Shown in pieces: positions 45,396 through 53,872 of a DNA stretch of 64,000 nt. Position 1 is the first letter of the stretch, and each line of letters begins with the position of its first letter. This stretch comes from Longimicrobiales bacterium. GTDB taxonomy: Bacteria; Gemmatimonadota; Gemmatimonadetes; Longimicrobiales; Gaopeijiaceae. Below the pieces are notes generated by a model, which saw only the letters and a list, made by a program, of their open reading frames with translations, searched no databases and had not been told where the DNA came from. The stretch covers positions 1,248,001-1,312,000 of the forward strand of contig OZ242008.1 of assembly GCA_965204735.1 (NCBI GenBank), written 5' to 3'. Both the position numbers and the translations under genes were made by a program.

Positions 45396-46535
45396 ATGCC
45401 CGGCACTGGCCCCCGAGACCCCTGCTCCGACTCCGTCGAGCGCGAACCTTCCCCGGATCAGCCTCGCCAGGAGGCGCCTCCACGGGAGGAGGTGCGCCAA
45501 AAGGCGATCCACCAGCCCAAGGACAAGAGCGCCAAGAACTCCTACGGCGATTGGATCATGATGGGGGAGTTCCTCGACAAGCACCTCCCAAGGCGGCTTC
45601 TCGCCGGCCTGGACCTCGACAGGGCCCTCAAGACGTCGACGGAGTACGTCGACCGGAAGCACAGGACCGTTCGTCACGTGGACCTGATGTGGAGAATTCC
45701 CTTCCGCGATTCGTGGCTCTACCTGCTCGTTGTCTTCGAGGCCCAGTCTACCGTGGACTGGCAAATGCCCGTGCGGGTCCTGCTCCGGACTGCCCTGGTC
45801 TACGACGACATCCTTCGCGACCCGGAGGTGAGGAAAAGGCGCACGTTGCCGCTGGTGCTGCCGATCGTCGTCTACGTGGGAACGGAGCCGTGGGACGCGC
45901 CGACCGGCCTGGAGGAGCTCCTGCCGAAAGAGGCCAAGCCCTTCCTGCCGTTCGCCTTGGGGCACGACTTCCTTCTCGTGTCGGAAGCGGAGGAGGCGAA
46001 GGTGCTCGACAAGGCGGACACGCCTCGGACGGCTGCGCTGAAGTTGCGCTACGCCGAGGACCGGACGGAGTTTAGGGAGGCGTTGGCCACGCTGAAGAAG
46101 CTGTTGCCGGAAGAAAGCCCGACGCGGCAAGCACTCGTGGAGTGGGTGCGCACTTCAAGGATCGACGATGGAGCGACGGAGGAAGAGATGGCGGAACTGA
46201 GGACGCTCGAAGACCTGGGGAGCCCGGTGATGGAGACGTGGTGGGCGAAGGAGCGCCGGGAGGCCCGCGAGAAAGGCCACGCGGAAGGCCGTGCGGAAGG
46301 CCACAAGCAGGGTCTCCGGGAAGCCGAGACGCTGTTGCGGCGTCGGCAGCGGGCGACGCTGGTGCGCCTCGCGCGGCGGAAGTTCGGCGCGGAGACGGCG
46401 GAAGCGCTTGCCGCGCTCCTGGAGGGCGTGTCGGACGCCGAGCGCTTCGACGTGGTGGCCGACTTGATCGTCGACTTCGACAGCGGCCGCGATCTGCTGG
46501 CGCAGGTGGAGGACCTGCGTGCAGGTTCGCGCTAG
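45396..46535 (+). CDS. Rpn-family recombination-promoting nuclease (YhgA-like, PD-(D/E)XK)
   Basis: RHVDLMWRI, LLVVFEAQSTVDWQMPVR, LPLVLPIVVYVG..W.AP; C-terminal EKGHAEGRAEG and LARRKFG. Confidence 0.9.
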   Translation: MPGTGPRDPCSDSVEREPSPDQPRQEAPPREEVRQKAIHQPKDKSAKNSYGDWIMMGEFLDKHLPRRLLAGLDLDRALKTSTEYVDRKHRTVRHVDLMWRIPFRDSWLYLLVVFEAQSTVDWQMPVRVLLRTALVYDDILRDPEVRKRRTLPLVLPIVVYVGTEPWDAPTGLEELLPKEAKPFLPFALGHDFLLVSEAEEAKVLDKADTPRTAALKLRYAEDRTEFREALATLKKLLPEESPTRQALVEWVRTSRIDDGATEEEMAELRTLEDLGSPVMETWWAKERREAREKGHAEGRAEGHKQGLREAETLLRRRQRATLVRLARRKFGAETAEALAALLEGVSDAERFDVVADLIVDFDSGRDLLAQVEDLRAGSR

Positions 46536-47910
46536 CGAGTACGCGACCCGCTCGCGGGAGATCATCCGCCACGACCCGCAGGTCCGGGAGGCGGTCACAG
46601 GGGCAACTCTGGCGTTCGACCAGAAGCGGCGCCGCGCCTACGCCGAAGTCGACGCCGACGGCTGGCGCCGGTGGGCCGAAGGCGTGAAGAACCACGTCCT
46701 GACCCACCTGGACCACTACTTGCAGGAGGCCGAGGAGGCGTTCACGGCCAACGGCGCGCAAGTGCACTGGGCCGCCGACGCGGAAGAGGCCCGCAAGATC
46801 GTGGGGAAGCTGGTCGGGGAGTCTTCGGTGGGCACGGTGGTCAAGGGCAAGAGCATGCTGACCGAAGAGATCGGCCTGAACGCCGCGCTCGAAGAGGCCG
46901 GCGCAGAAGTGTACGAGACCGACTTGGGCGAATACGTCCTGCAACTGCTGGACGAGCCGCCGAGCCACATCCTGGGGCCTGCGATCCACAAGTCCCTGGA
47001 GCAGGTCCAGCGACTCTTCGCGGAGCGCCTGGGCGCGACCGAGGACAGCGACCCCGACGCCCTGGCCCAAGCGGCCCGAGGCGTGCTGCGGGAGGCGTTC
47101 ACCAGCGCCGACATGGGCATCACGGGCGCCAACTTCGTGGTGGCGGAGACGGGCACGGTCGCCCTGATCGAGAACGAGGGAAACATTCGCCTGGCCACTT
47201 CCCTGCCTCGCGTGCACGTGGCCCTGGCCGGAATCGAGAAGCTGCTGCCGTGCATGAGCGACCTGGCGGGCTTCCTGCAGCTCACCGCGCGGGCGGCGAC
47301 CGGCCAGCCTGTCGGCTGCTTCGTCACGTTGGTGCAGGGTCCGGCCGCCGCCCCGCAGGACGACGGCCCGGAAGAGGTCCACGTGGTCTTCCTCGACAAC
47401 GGACGGACCGACGTGCTGGCCCACGAGCACGCATGGGAGGCGCTGCGCTGCGTGCGCTGCGGCGCCTGTCTCAACGCCTGCCCCGTGTATCGCCAAACCG
47501 GCGGCCACGCCTACGGCTGGGTGTACTCGGGACCAATCGGCGCAGTGCTGGACCCCGGCCTGCTGGGGCTGCACGAAGCGATGCCCCTGCCCTTTGCGTC
47601 GTCGTTGTGCGGCGCGTGCTACGACGCCTGTCCCGTGCGCATCCCCATCCCCGAGCTGCTGCTGCGCTGGCGCGAAGAGGCCCAAGCGGCGGGACTGACC
47701 TCGCGCACCGAACGCTTCGCCTTGGCCGCGCTGGCGCAGGTCGCAGGACGACCGGGCCTTTACGAGGCCGCCGGGAAGGCCGGGTCGCGGATCGGTGCCG
47801 CCCGAGTCGCCCGCCGCCTTCCCATGCTGGGCGGCTGGACCCAGGAACGAGGAGCCCCCCGCCCCAGCCGTCGAACCTTCCGGGAACTCTGGCGGGACGG
47901 GATCGAGTGA
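46519..47910 (+). CDS. lutB: Lactate utilisation protein LutB/LldF (LUD and 4Fe-4S)
   Basis: KGKSMLTEEI, ETDLGE, PSHI.GPAIHK, ENEGN, CVRCGACLNACPVY, SSLCGAC.DACPV. Confidence 0.95.
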   Translation: MQVRASEYATRSREIIRHDPQVREAVTGATLAFDQKRRRAYAEVDADGWRRWAEGVKNHVLTHLDHYLQEAEEAFTANGAQVHWAADAEEARKIVGKLVGESSVGTVVKGKSMLTEEIGLNAALEEAGAEVYETDLGEYVLQLLDEPPSHILGPAIHKSLEQVQRLFAERLGATEDSDPDALAQAARGVLREAFTSADMGITGANFVVAETGTVALIENEGNIRLATSLPRVHVALAGIEKLLPCMSDLAGFLQLTARAATGQPVGCFVTLVQGPAAAPQDDGPEEVHVVFLDNGRTDVLAHEHAWEALRCVRCGACLNACPVYRQTGGHAYGWVYSGPIGAVLDPGLLGLHEAMPLPFASSLCGACYDACPVRIPIPELLLRWREEAQAAGLTSRTERFALAALAQVAGRPGLYEAAGKAGSRIGAARVARRLPMLGGWTQERGAPRPSRRTFRELWRDGIE

Positions 47911-48626
47911 AGACGAGCGCGCCCGCGTCCGCGACCCGAGACCAGATGCTGGCCCGGGTGTCGGCTGCCCTTCGCGGTAGAGCAAAGGCGGCCCATCCGG
48001 GGCGATTGGAGACCCCAGCGCCGTCCGCCGCCATGGGGCCGTCCGCCGCCGCGGGACAGGGCCTCGCCCGCACCGACGCCGGGCGGCGCCAAGAGCTGGA
48101 GGCTGCGTTCGCGAAGCAGTTCGCGGCCAACGGCGGAGAGAGCGTGACGCCCGATCCGCACCGACCTCGAAACGAGTGGCTGGGCGACTTCATCGTGGGA
48201 GCGGAAGGCGGGCCGGACGGTCGGGCGGCAGCACCGACGGCAGCGCTGGCCCAGGACGTGCCCGCCGAACTGCGGCCCAACCTGCCGGTCGCCCCTCCGG
48301 CCCAAGCGGACGTGGGCGTCGTCCTGGCTTGGGGCGCCGTCGCCGAGACGGGCACGCTGCTGCTGACGCCGGACGGGGGACGAGCAGTTCAGCTGCTTCC
48401 GCCGACGCTCGTTGCATGGGTTCCCGCGGACCGGGTCTTCGCCAAGCTGGGGGACGCGCTGCTCGAACTGCCCGAACGCCTGCCCGCCGTCGTGGGCCTG
48501 CACTCGGGACCCAGCAAGTCGGCGGACATCGGGCGCACCGTGGTGACGGGCGTTCACGGCCCGGGCCGCTGCATCGCCGTGCTGGAAGGGGAACGGCGGG
48601 AAGCCGACTTCAGGCGGTCAGCTTGA
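47907..48626 (+). CDS. lutC: Lactate utilisation protein LutC (LUD domain)
   Basis: GTGA-coupled; RDQMLARV..AL; AVAETGTL, LLPP, SGPSKSADI..VTGVHGP. Confidence 0.9.
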   Translation: MKTSAPASATRDQMLARVSAALRGRAKAAHPGRLETPAPSAAMGPSAAAGQGLARTDAGRRQELEAAFAKQFAANGGESVTPDPHRPRNEWLGDFIVGAEGGPDGRAAAPTAALAQDVPAELRPNLPVAPPAQADVGVVLAWGAVAETGTLLLTPDGGRAVQLLPPTLVAWVPADRVFAKLGDALLELPERLPAVVGLHSGPSKSADIGRTVVTGVHGPGRCIAVLEGERREADFRRSA

Positions 48627-50237
48627 GGGCGAGACGGCGGCTTCCGAAGACTGACCGCCGCCCTCCGCCGCCAGCGCCCTCGCCACGGCGCCACGGTCGG
48701 GCTTGCCCGCGCCGGTCAACGGGATTTCGTCCACCACCACGACCCGCCTGGGATGGGCGTACGCCGGTCCGTTCCGCAACGCATGCGTCTTCAGCGCGTT
48801 GGGCGTCAGGGCGGCGCTGGACGCCAGCACCACCATCGCTGCCGGGACGTGGCCCTTCACCGGATGCGGCACGGGCTGGACCACCGCCGTCAGCACGTCG
48901 GGGTGCGAGACCAGCAGGTCCTCCACTTCCTTCGGGTAGATGTTCTCTCCGCCGGAGTTGAACATGTCGTCGGTGCGGCCCCGGAAGTAGAAGAAGCCGT
49001 CCGCGTCCCGGTGGAAGAGGTCGCCGGTCGCCAGCCATCCGTCCTTGATCCGCTCCGCGGTGACGGCCGGAAGGTTGTGGTAGCCGGGAGCGACGCCCGG
49101 GTTGCGCACCCACAGCTCGCCGTCGCTGGCGTGCTCGACGCCGTCCTGCACGAGCTTCACCTCGCCCTCGGGCCACGCGGCTCCGCAGCTTCCCCTGGGC
49201 ACGGGTCGGCCGTCGACGGGCGGCCCCAGCATCACCGGTCCTCCTTCGGTGAGCCCGTAGCTCTCGCCCACGTCCACGCCGAACGCCCGCTCGACGGCCT
49301 CCAGGAGCTCCGGCTGCACGGGCGCCGAACCCAAGGTGATCGTCCGGAGGGCCGAGAAGTCCAGCTCGCGAATCAGCTCCCGGTGGTTCAGCGCAATGGC
49401 GAACAAGGCCGGAACTCCGCTGACCCGAGTGCACTTGTGCTCGCTCAGCGCCCGGAGGAACGACTTCGGCTCGAAGCCGGGCAGGATCACCACCGAGCCG
49501 CCGGCCTGCAGCAGCGGCTTGACCGCCCCGAGCATCGCGTTCTTGTGGTAAAGGGGAACGGCGACCAGCGCCCGCTCCCAGGGTTCGACCGGCCAGTGCT
49601 CTTGCGCGCACCTCAGCCACCAGAGCTGGCCGGAGTGCGGCAAGACCACGCCCTTGGGCTTGCCCGTGGAGCCCGAGGTGTAGGGGAGGAACGCGAGGTC
49701 GCCGGGCTTGACCCGTGGCGGATCGAACGTCGCGGGAACGTCGGCGAGGGCGGCCTCGTAGTCGCGCCATGCGTGGCGGGGGCCGACCGGATCGGCGTCT
49801 GGGCCGTCGCGCCGCCGACCCACGCTCCAGCAAGGACCGATGCCGGCGTCCTCGACGACCGCCGCCGCGCGTTGTGCCGCCGGATCGACGAACGCCGTCC
49901 TGCAGCCCGAGTCGGCGACCACGTGCGCAAGGGCGTCGAAGCCGAGCTTCAAGTTGAGGGGCACGGGCACGGCACCGGCGCGCATGGCTCCGAACATGAT
50001 CTCGACGAACTCGAAGCGGTTGCCGACGCCCAGCGCCACCCGGTCGCCCCGCCGCACGCACGCCCCGGCCAACAGCCCCGCGACCCGGTCCATCCGCTGG
50101 CCCATCTCGTCGTAGGCTACGATCCGGGGCGCGTCCGCCGAGAGGTCGAGGAGCGCGGTCCGCCGGGGAAACCGGCGGCAGGCGTCGTGGCACCAATAGC
50201 CCAGATTGCCGCGACGCCTGCTGTCGATCGTCGTCAA
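48618..50237 (-). CDS. Class I adenylate-forming enzyme (acyl-CoA synthetase)
   Basis: YTSGSTGKPKG, YGLTEGGP, TGD, GRTDDM..GGENIYP.EVE, GAGK. Confidence 0.92.
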   Translation of the reverse strand: MTTIDSRRRGNLGYWCHDACRRFPRRTALLDLSADAPRIVAYDEMGQRMDRVAGLLAGACVRRGDRVALGVGNRFEFVEIMFGAMRAGAVPVPLNLKLGFDALAHVVADSGCRTAFVDPAAQRAAAVVEDAGIGPCWSVGRRRDGPDADPVGPRHAWRDYEAALADVPATFDPPRVKPGDLAFLPYTSGSTGKPKGVVLPHSGQLWWLRCAQEHWPVEPWERALVAVPLYHKNAMLGAVKPLLQAGGSVVILPGFEPKSFLRALSEHKCTRVSGVPALFAIALNHRELIRELDFSALRTITLGSAPVQPELLEAVERAFGVDVGESYGLTEGGPVMLGPPVDGRPVPRGSCGAAWPEGEVKLVQDGVEHASDGELWVRNPGVAPGYHNLPAVTAERIKDGWLATGDLFHRDADGFFYFRGRTDDMFNSGGENIYPKEVEDLLVSHPDVLTAVVQPVPHPVKGHVPAAMVVLASSAALTPNALKTHALRNGPAYAHPRRVVVVDEIPLTGAGKPDRGAVARALAAEGGGQSSEAAVSPSS

Positions 50238-50253
50238 TCGCCGCCGACCGTCG

Positions 50254-50481
50254 TCAATCGCCCTCTCCCACCGGAACGGCCAGCACGGCGATGCAGAGCA
50301 CGGTCACCGCCCCGCCGCCGATCGCCGTCGCCCATGCCCAGGGCGCGTCGGTCCTGAGGACGTAGGAGATGCCCAGCAGCGTCGCGACGTTGGCCACGAG
50401 GTTGACGACCAGCCCCAAGGTGCGGCCCCGGAAGCGGCCTCCCATGAACTCCCGTTCCAAGAAGCGCCTGATCACGGTCAC
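50254..50481 (-). CDS. Small two-TM membrane protein
   Basis: GTGA-coupled to the transporter; two hydrophobic segments. Confidence 0.6.
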   Translation of the reverse strand: MTVIRRFLEREFMGGRFRGRTLGLVVNLVANVATLLGISYVLRTDAPWAWATAIGGGAVTVLCIAVLAVPVGEGD

Positions 50482-51860
50482 GACCCCCACAGTCCCAGCC
50501 GGTTGAAGACCCAAGTGACGGCCACGCCGTTCAGCAGCGTGACTTGCAGCAAGATGCCCAAGTTCCACAGGTACGACCTGGTCCGGTTCTCGCCCAGCGC
50601 CTTCTTGTCGTTCAAGAGCAGATAGATCGACCAGCCGACGACGGTGTTGAAGATCGACATGGCGGCTGCGACGGCGATGATGAAGAAGAGCGGGTTGCCG
50701 TCCAGCGCTGCCGACAAGAGAGCGACCTGCGGCAGAAGAATGCATGTGCGCCAGCGAGCCGACGAGGTGTCCGGTTCCCACCCGAACGCTTCATGGACCG
50801 CCATGGCGCCGGCGACGCTGAGCATTACGGTGGAGGTGACGGGCACCGCCAGGAATCCGATGTAGAAGACGATCCGGGACCATGTCTCCCCGAGAAGCGG
50901 CTCCAGCGCCGCCGCCAGCTCCGGCGCGCTCCCGGGAACGCCCCCGGGAAACTCGGTTCTGGCGAAGACCGAGATCACAAGGAAGTTGACCACGACGAAG
51001 GGCACGAAGAGGCCGCCCACGATGTCGATACGCGCCAGGCGCTCGTGCTTCGGTCCCCATCCGCGCACAAGTCCGGCGTAGTTGAAGAGGACCCAGTCCA
51101 TCACCACGACCGCTGCGGCGGTCGTTGCGATGAACATGTCCAGTCCCACGCCCCCGCCCGGAAGCCAAGGCACGAAGAAGCCCTTGGCCGCCGCTCGCCA
51201 CTCCACGCCCACCACGAGCAAGACGGCCCCGAAGGCCAGAAACATGACGGCGATCGCGGACTTCATCGCTCCTTCGACGAGCCGCGTTCCCCGGCCGCCC
51301 TTGCGGCCGTAGCTGAGGGACAGCCAAGCCGTCACCGCCCCGAAGAAGAGCCAGTTCCACTTCGCCGGAAACGAGAACCCCGCCATCGGCGCGAGCGACT
51401 CGATCAAGTGCGTGCCCAGGGTGACCTGGGGGAAGTTGAACGCCACGGCGACGACGCCGCACCCCAGCAGCCCGGTGGCGAAGGAGCCGACCAGCCATCC
51501 GTGACGCTCGTTCTGCAGCTTGATGACACGGAATCCGCCTCGGCAGGTGAGACGCGCGCTGGCCGCCATCAGGAATAGGCCCAGGCCGGCGGAGAGCCAG
51601 ACCAGCCAAAGCGTCCGGTATCCGTAGCTGGCGCCCGCCACCATCGACGTCGTGAGGGTGCCCGCGCCCAGGGTCAGCGCCGCCGTCATGACGCCGGGTC
51701 CGACCAGCCGGGCATAGCCGCCGATCTTGCGGGGGAGCGGGGCCGTCGCCAGCGAGTTCAGACGCTCGACCTCCGCGTCCAGCTCGTGTTGCGGAATCCG
51801 TCGGGCGATGGGATAGGGCAACGGGTCGGCGGGGGGACGGCCCGCGTCGCCCGGGCTCAT
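50478..51860 (-). CDS. NRAMP/MntH-like transporter
   Basis: GPGVMTAALTLGAG......AGASYGY..LW; about 11 TM helices. Confidence 0.8.
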   Translation of the reverse strand: MSPGDAGRPPADPLPYPIARRIPQHELDAEVERLNSLATAPLPRKIGGYARLVGPGVMTAALTLGAGTLTTSMVAGASYGYRTLWLVWLSAGLGLFLMAASARLTCRGGFRVIKLQNERHGWLVGSFATGLLGCGVVAVAFNFPQVTLGTHLIESLAPMAGFSFPAKWNWLFFGAVTAWLSLSYGRKGGRGTRLVEGAMKSAIAVMFLAFGAVLLVVGVEWRAAAKGFFVPWLPGGGVGLDMFIATTAAAVVVMDWVLFNYAGLVRGWGPKHERLARIDIVGGLFVPFVVVNFLVISVFARTEFPGGVPGSAPELAAALEPLLGETWSRIVFYIGFLAVPVTSTVMLSVAGAMAVHEAFGWEPDTSSARWRTCILLPQVALLSAALDGNPLFFIIAVAAAMSIFNTVVGWSIYLLLNDKKALGENRTRSYLWNLGILLQVTLLNGVAVTWVFNRLGLWGS

Positions 51861-51931
51861 CCGGGCGGCCTCGCTGGGTCCCCTGTCGGGGGTTCGGCGG
51901 CAGGTCGGCGGGCGTTCATGCGGTTCCCGGA

Positions 51932-52942
51932 TCAGAGGGTCAGGATCGACTTCCCGAACACCTGTCTGGCGACGAGTTCGGCCATCGCTTCGCCCACTTC
52001 TTCCAGCGGGCGCACCGCGTGGACCGCGGGATCGAGCCGGCCCGCGGCCACCATCTCCAGCAGCTGCGCAATGCCGGCGCGGCTCCATCCGTCGGAGCCC
52101 GTGATCGTCTGCTCGTAGCTCCAGATGTAGCGGATGTCGGTCGGCGGGTCGTAGCCGGCGGTGGCGCCGCAGGTGATCATGCGCCCGTGGTAGCGAAGGA
52201 TCTTGAGGCTTGCGGCCCAGGTGTCGCCGCCGATGTAGTTGACCACGGCGTCCACGCCTCCGGCGGCCTTGTCCAGGTAGCGGGGCCGTCCGGCGATCGC
52301 CTTGACTTGGCCCAGCCACTCCTCGGTCCGCGACGGGAACACGTGGTCGGCGCCCAATTCCTTCAGCTTCTCGCGCTTCCACTCGCCGCTGCCCGTCGCG
52401 ATCACCGTGGCGCCCGCGAGCTTGCAGAGCTGAACGCAGCAAACGCCGACGCCCCCGGTCGCTCCCAGCACCAGCACCGTCTCGCCAGGCTCGATGCGAG
52501 CCCGCTCCTCGACCACCCGCTGGGCGGTGCCATAGGCGACCGGGACGGCGGCCGCGGCTTCCAGCGACACGCCGTCGGGCACGGGAACCAAGTTCTTCAG
52601 CGGCACCGCCACGTACTCCCGGGCGACCCCCAGCACCTTCTCGCCCATCATCCCCCGGTTCTCGATCACCGGGTCCAGCGCGGCCCGGTCGCCGACGCGC
52701 CAAGGTCCCGGGTCGGTCCCCGGTCCGAACCCGGCCACCTCGCCCGCCGCGTCGCCGCAGGGCACCATCGGGAACGGTACCCGAATGCCCGTGCTTCCTT
52801 GGAGCATCATGGGGTCGAAGCCGTTGAGGGCCACGGCGCGCACTCGCAGCAGGACCTCCCCGGCAGCGGGCTCGGGACGAGGAAGTTCGCCGACGTAGAG
52901 CTCTTCAACGTCGCCGTGACGGTCGTAGAGGGCGGCTCGCAT
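51932..52942 (-). CDS. MDR-family (zinc-binding dehydrogenase / quinone oxidoreductase-like) protein
   Basis: GDAAGEV, GATGGVG, CGATAG, FGKSIL. Confidence 0.9.
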   Translation of the reverse strand: MRAALYDRHGDVEELYVGELPRPEPAAGEVLLRVRAVALNGFDPMMLQGSTGIRVPFPMVPCGDAAGEVAGFGPGTDPGPWRVGDRAALDPVIENRGMMGEKVLGVAREYVAVPLKNLVPVPDGVSLEAAAAVPVAYGTAQRVVEERARIEPGETVLVLGATGGVGVCCVQLCKLAGATVIATGSGEWKREKLKELGADHVFPSRTEEWLGQVKAIAGRPRYLDKAAGGVDAVVNYIGGDTWAASLKILRYHGRMITCGATAGYDPPTDIRYIWSYEQTITGSDGWSRAGIAQLLEMVAAGRLDPAVHAVRPLEEVGEAMAELVARQVFGKSILTL

Positions 52943-53101
52943 GGCTGGAAACTGCTCGCTGTCGTGAGGACGACAAGTGGGTGGGCGCAGAGCCCATCCA
53001 GCGTACTAGGGCAAGGCAACGAAGCGCGCAAGGGAAGACTTCCCTGCGCTCGGCCCATCAGCCCAGCCGGGCGCGTCGCTCGCGGACCCCCTGCGCTCGG
53101 C

Positions 53102-53872
53102 CTACGACCCCCTGTCCGCCCCCGCCTCCGGCCCCGCCGCCGCCAGCAAGCTCATGACCGCGCCCTCCGCGTCCAGCGGCCCCTCGCGCCCTTCCAGCGC
53201 CCGCGCAAGCATGCCCGTGGCGTTGGCAACGGCAAAGCTGATCCCGTTCAGGTTTCTCTCCGGCGGGACGCCGGGTATGGGGCGGGGGTAGGGGCTTGCG
53301 GCGATCAGGGCCCGCGCTTGGCCCGCGTCGCGCACTTCCACGCACTCCCGGGCGAGGCTCGCATCCACGACCACTCCGACGGCCGCAGGAAGCGAGCCCG
53401 GCCACCACTTCCGCCCCCGGGCCTCGGCCGCGGCCACCACCAGCCCGCCTGCGGCTCCAAGGCGGTCCACCGCCGCCGCCAGCCGCTCCCGGTGCTCCTC
53501 TCGCAGCGTTCCCAGGCTCATGTTCACCAAGCGGATCCCGCGCTCGGCCGCCCAATCGACGGCGGCCACGAGGGCGCGCACGCTGGTCTTGAGCTCTCGC
53601 GGAAAGACGCGCACGGCGTGAAGGTCGGCGTCGGGCGCCTTCTCCTGGATCGCGGCGAAGACCGCCGTGCCGTGGCCCAGCCGGTCCACGTAGTCGCTGG
53701 AGACGACTCCCGAGAGCTCGATTCGCGCGCCGCCCGCCACTCCCGCGACATGGTGATGGTGCGGGTTGACGCCGCTGTCCACGACGGCCACCGTCACGCC
53801 TGCGCCCGTCCGCTCGCGAACGCCCGGCGAGCCCAGGCAAACTCGCCGCGGCGTCGGTCGGCGGGGGTTCAG
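53102..53872 (-). CDS. Small S8 subtilisin-like serine peptidase (start uncertain)
   Basis: TGAGVTVAVVDSG (Asp), DRLGHGTA (His), VNMSLG, GISFA (Ser). Confidence 0.85.
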   Translation of the reverse strand: MNPRRPTPRRVCLGSPGVRERTGAGVTVAVVDSGVNPHHHHVAGVAGGARIELSGVVSSDYVDRLGHGTAVFAAIQEKAPDADLHAVRVFPRELKTSVRALVAAVDWAAERGIRLVNMSLGTLREEHRERLAAAVDRLGAAGGLVVAAAEARGRKWWPGSLPAAVGVVVDASLARECVEVRDAGQARALIAASPYPRPIPGVPPERNLNGISFAVANATGMLARALEGREGPLDAEGAVMSLLAAAGPEAGADRGS

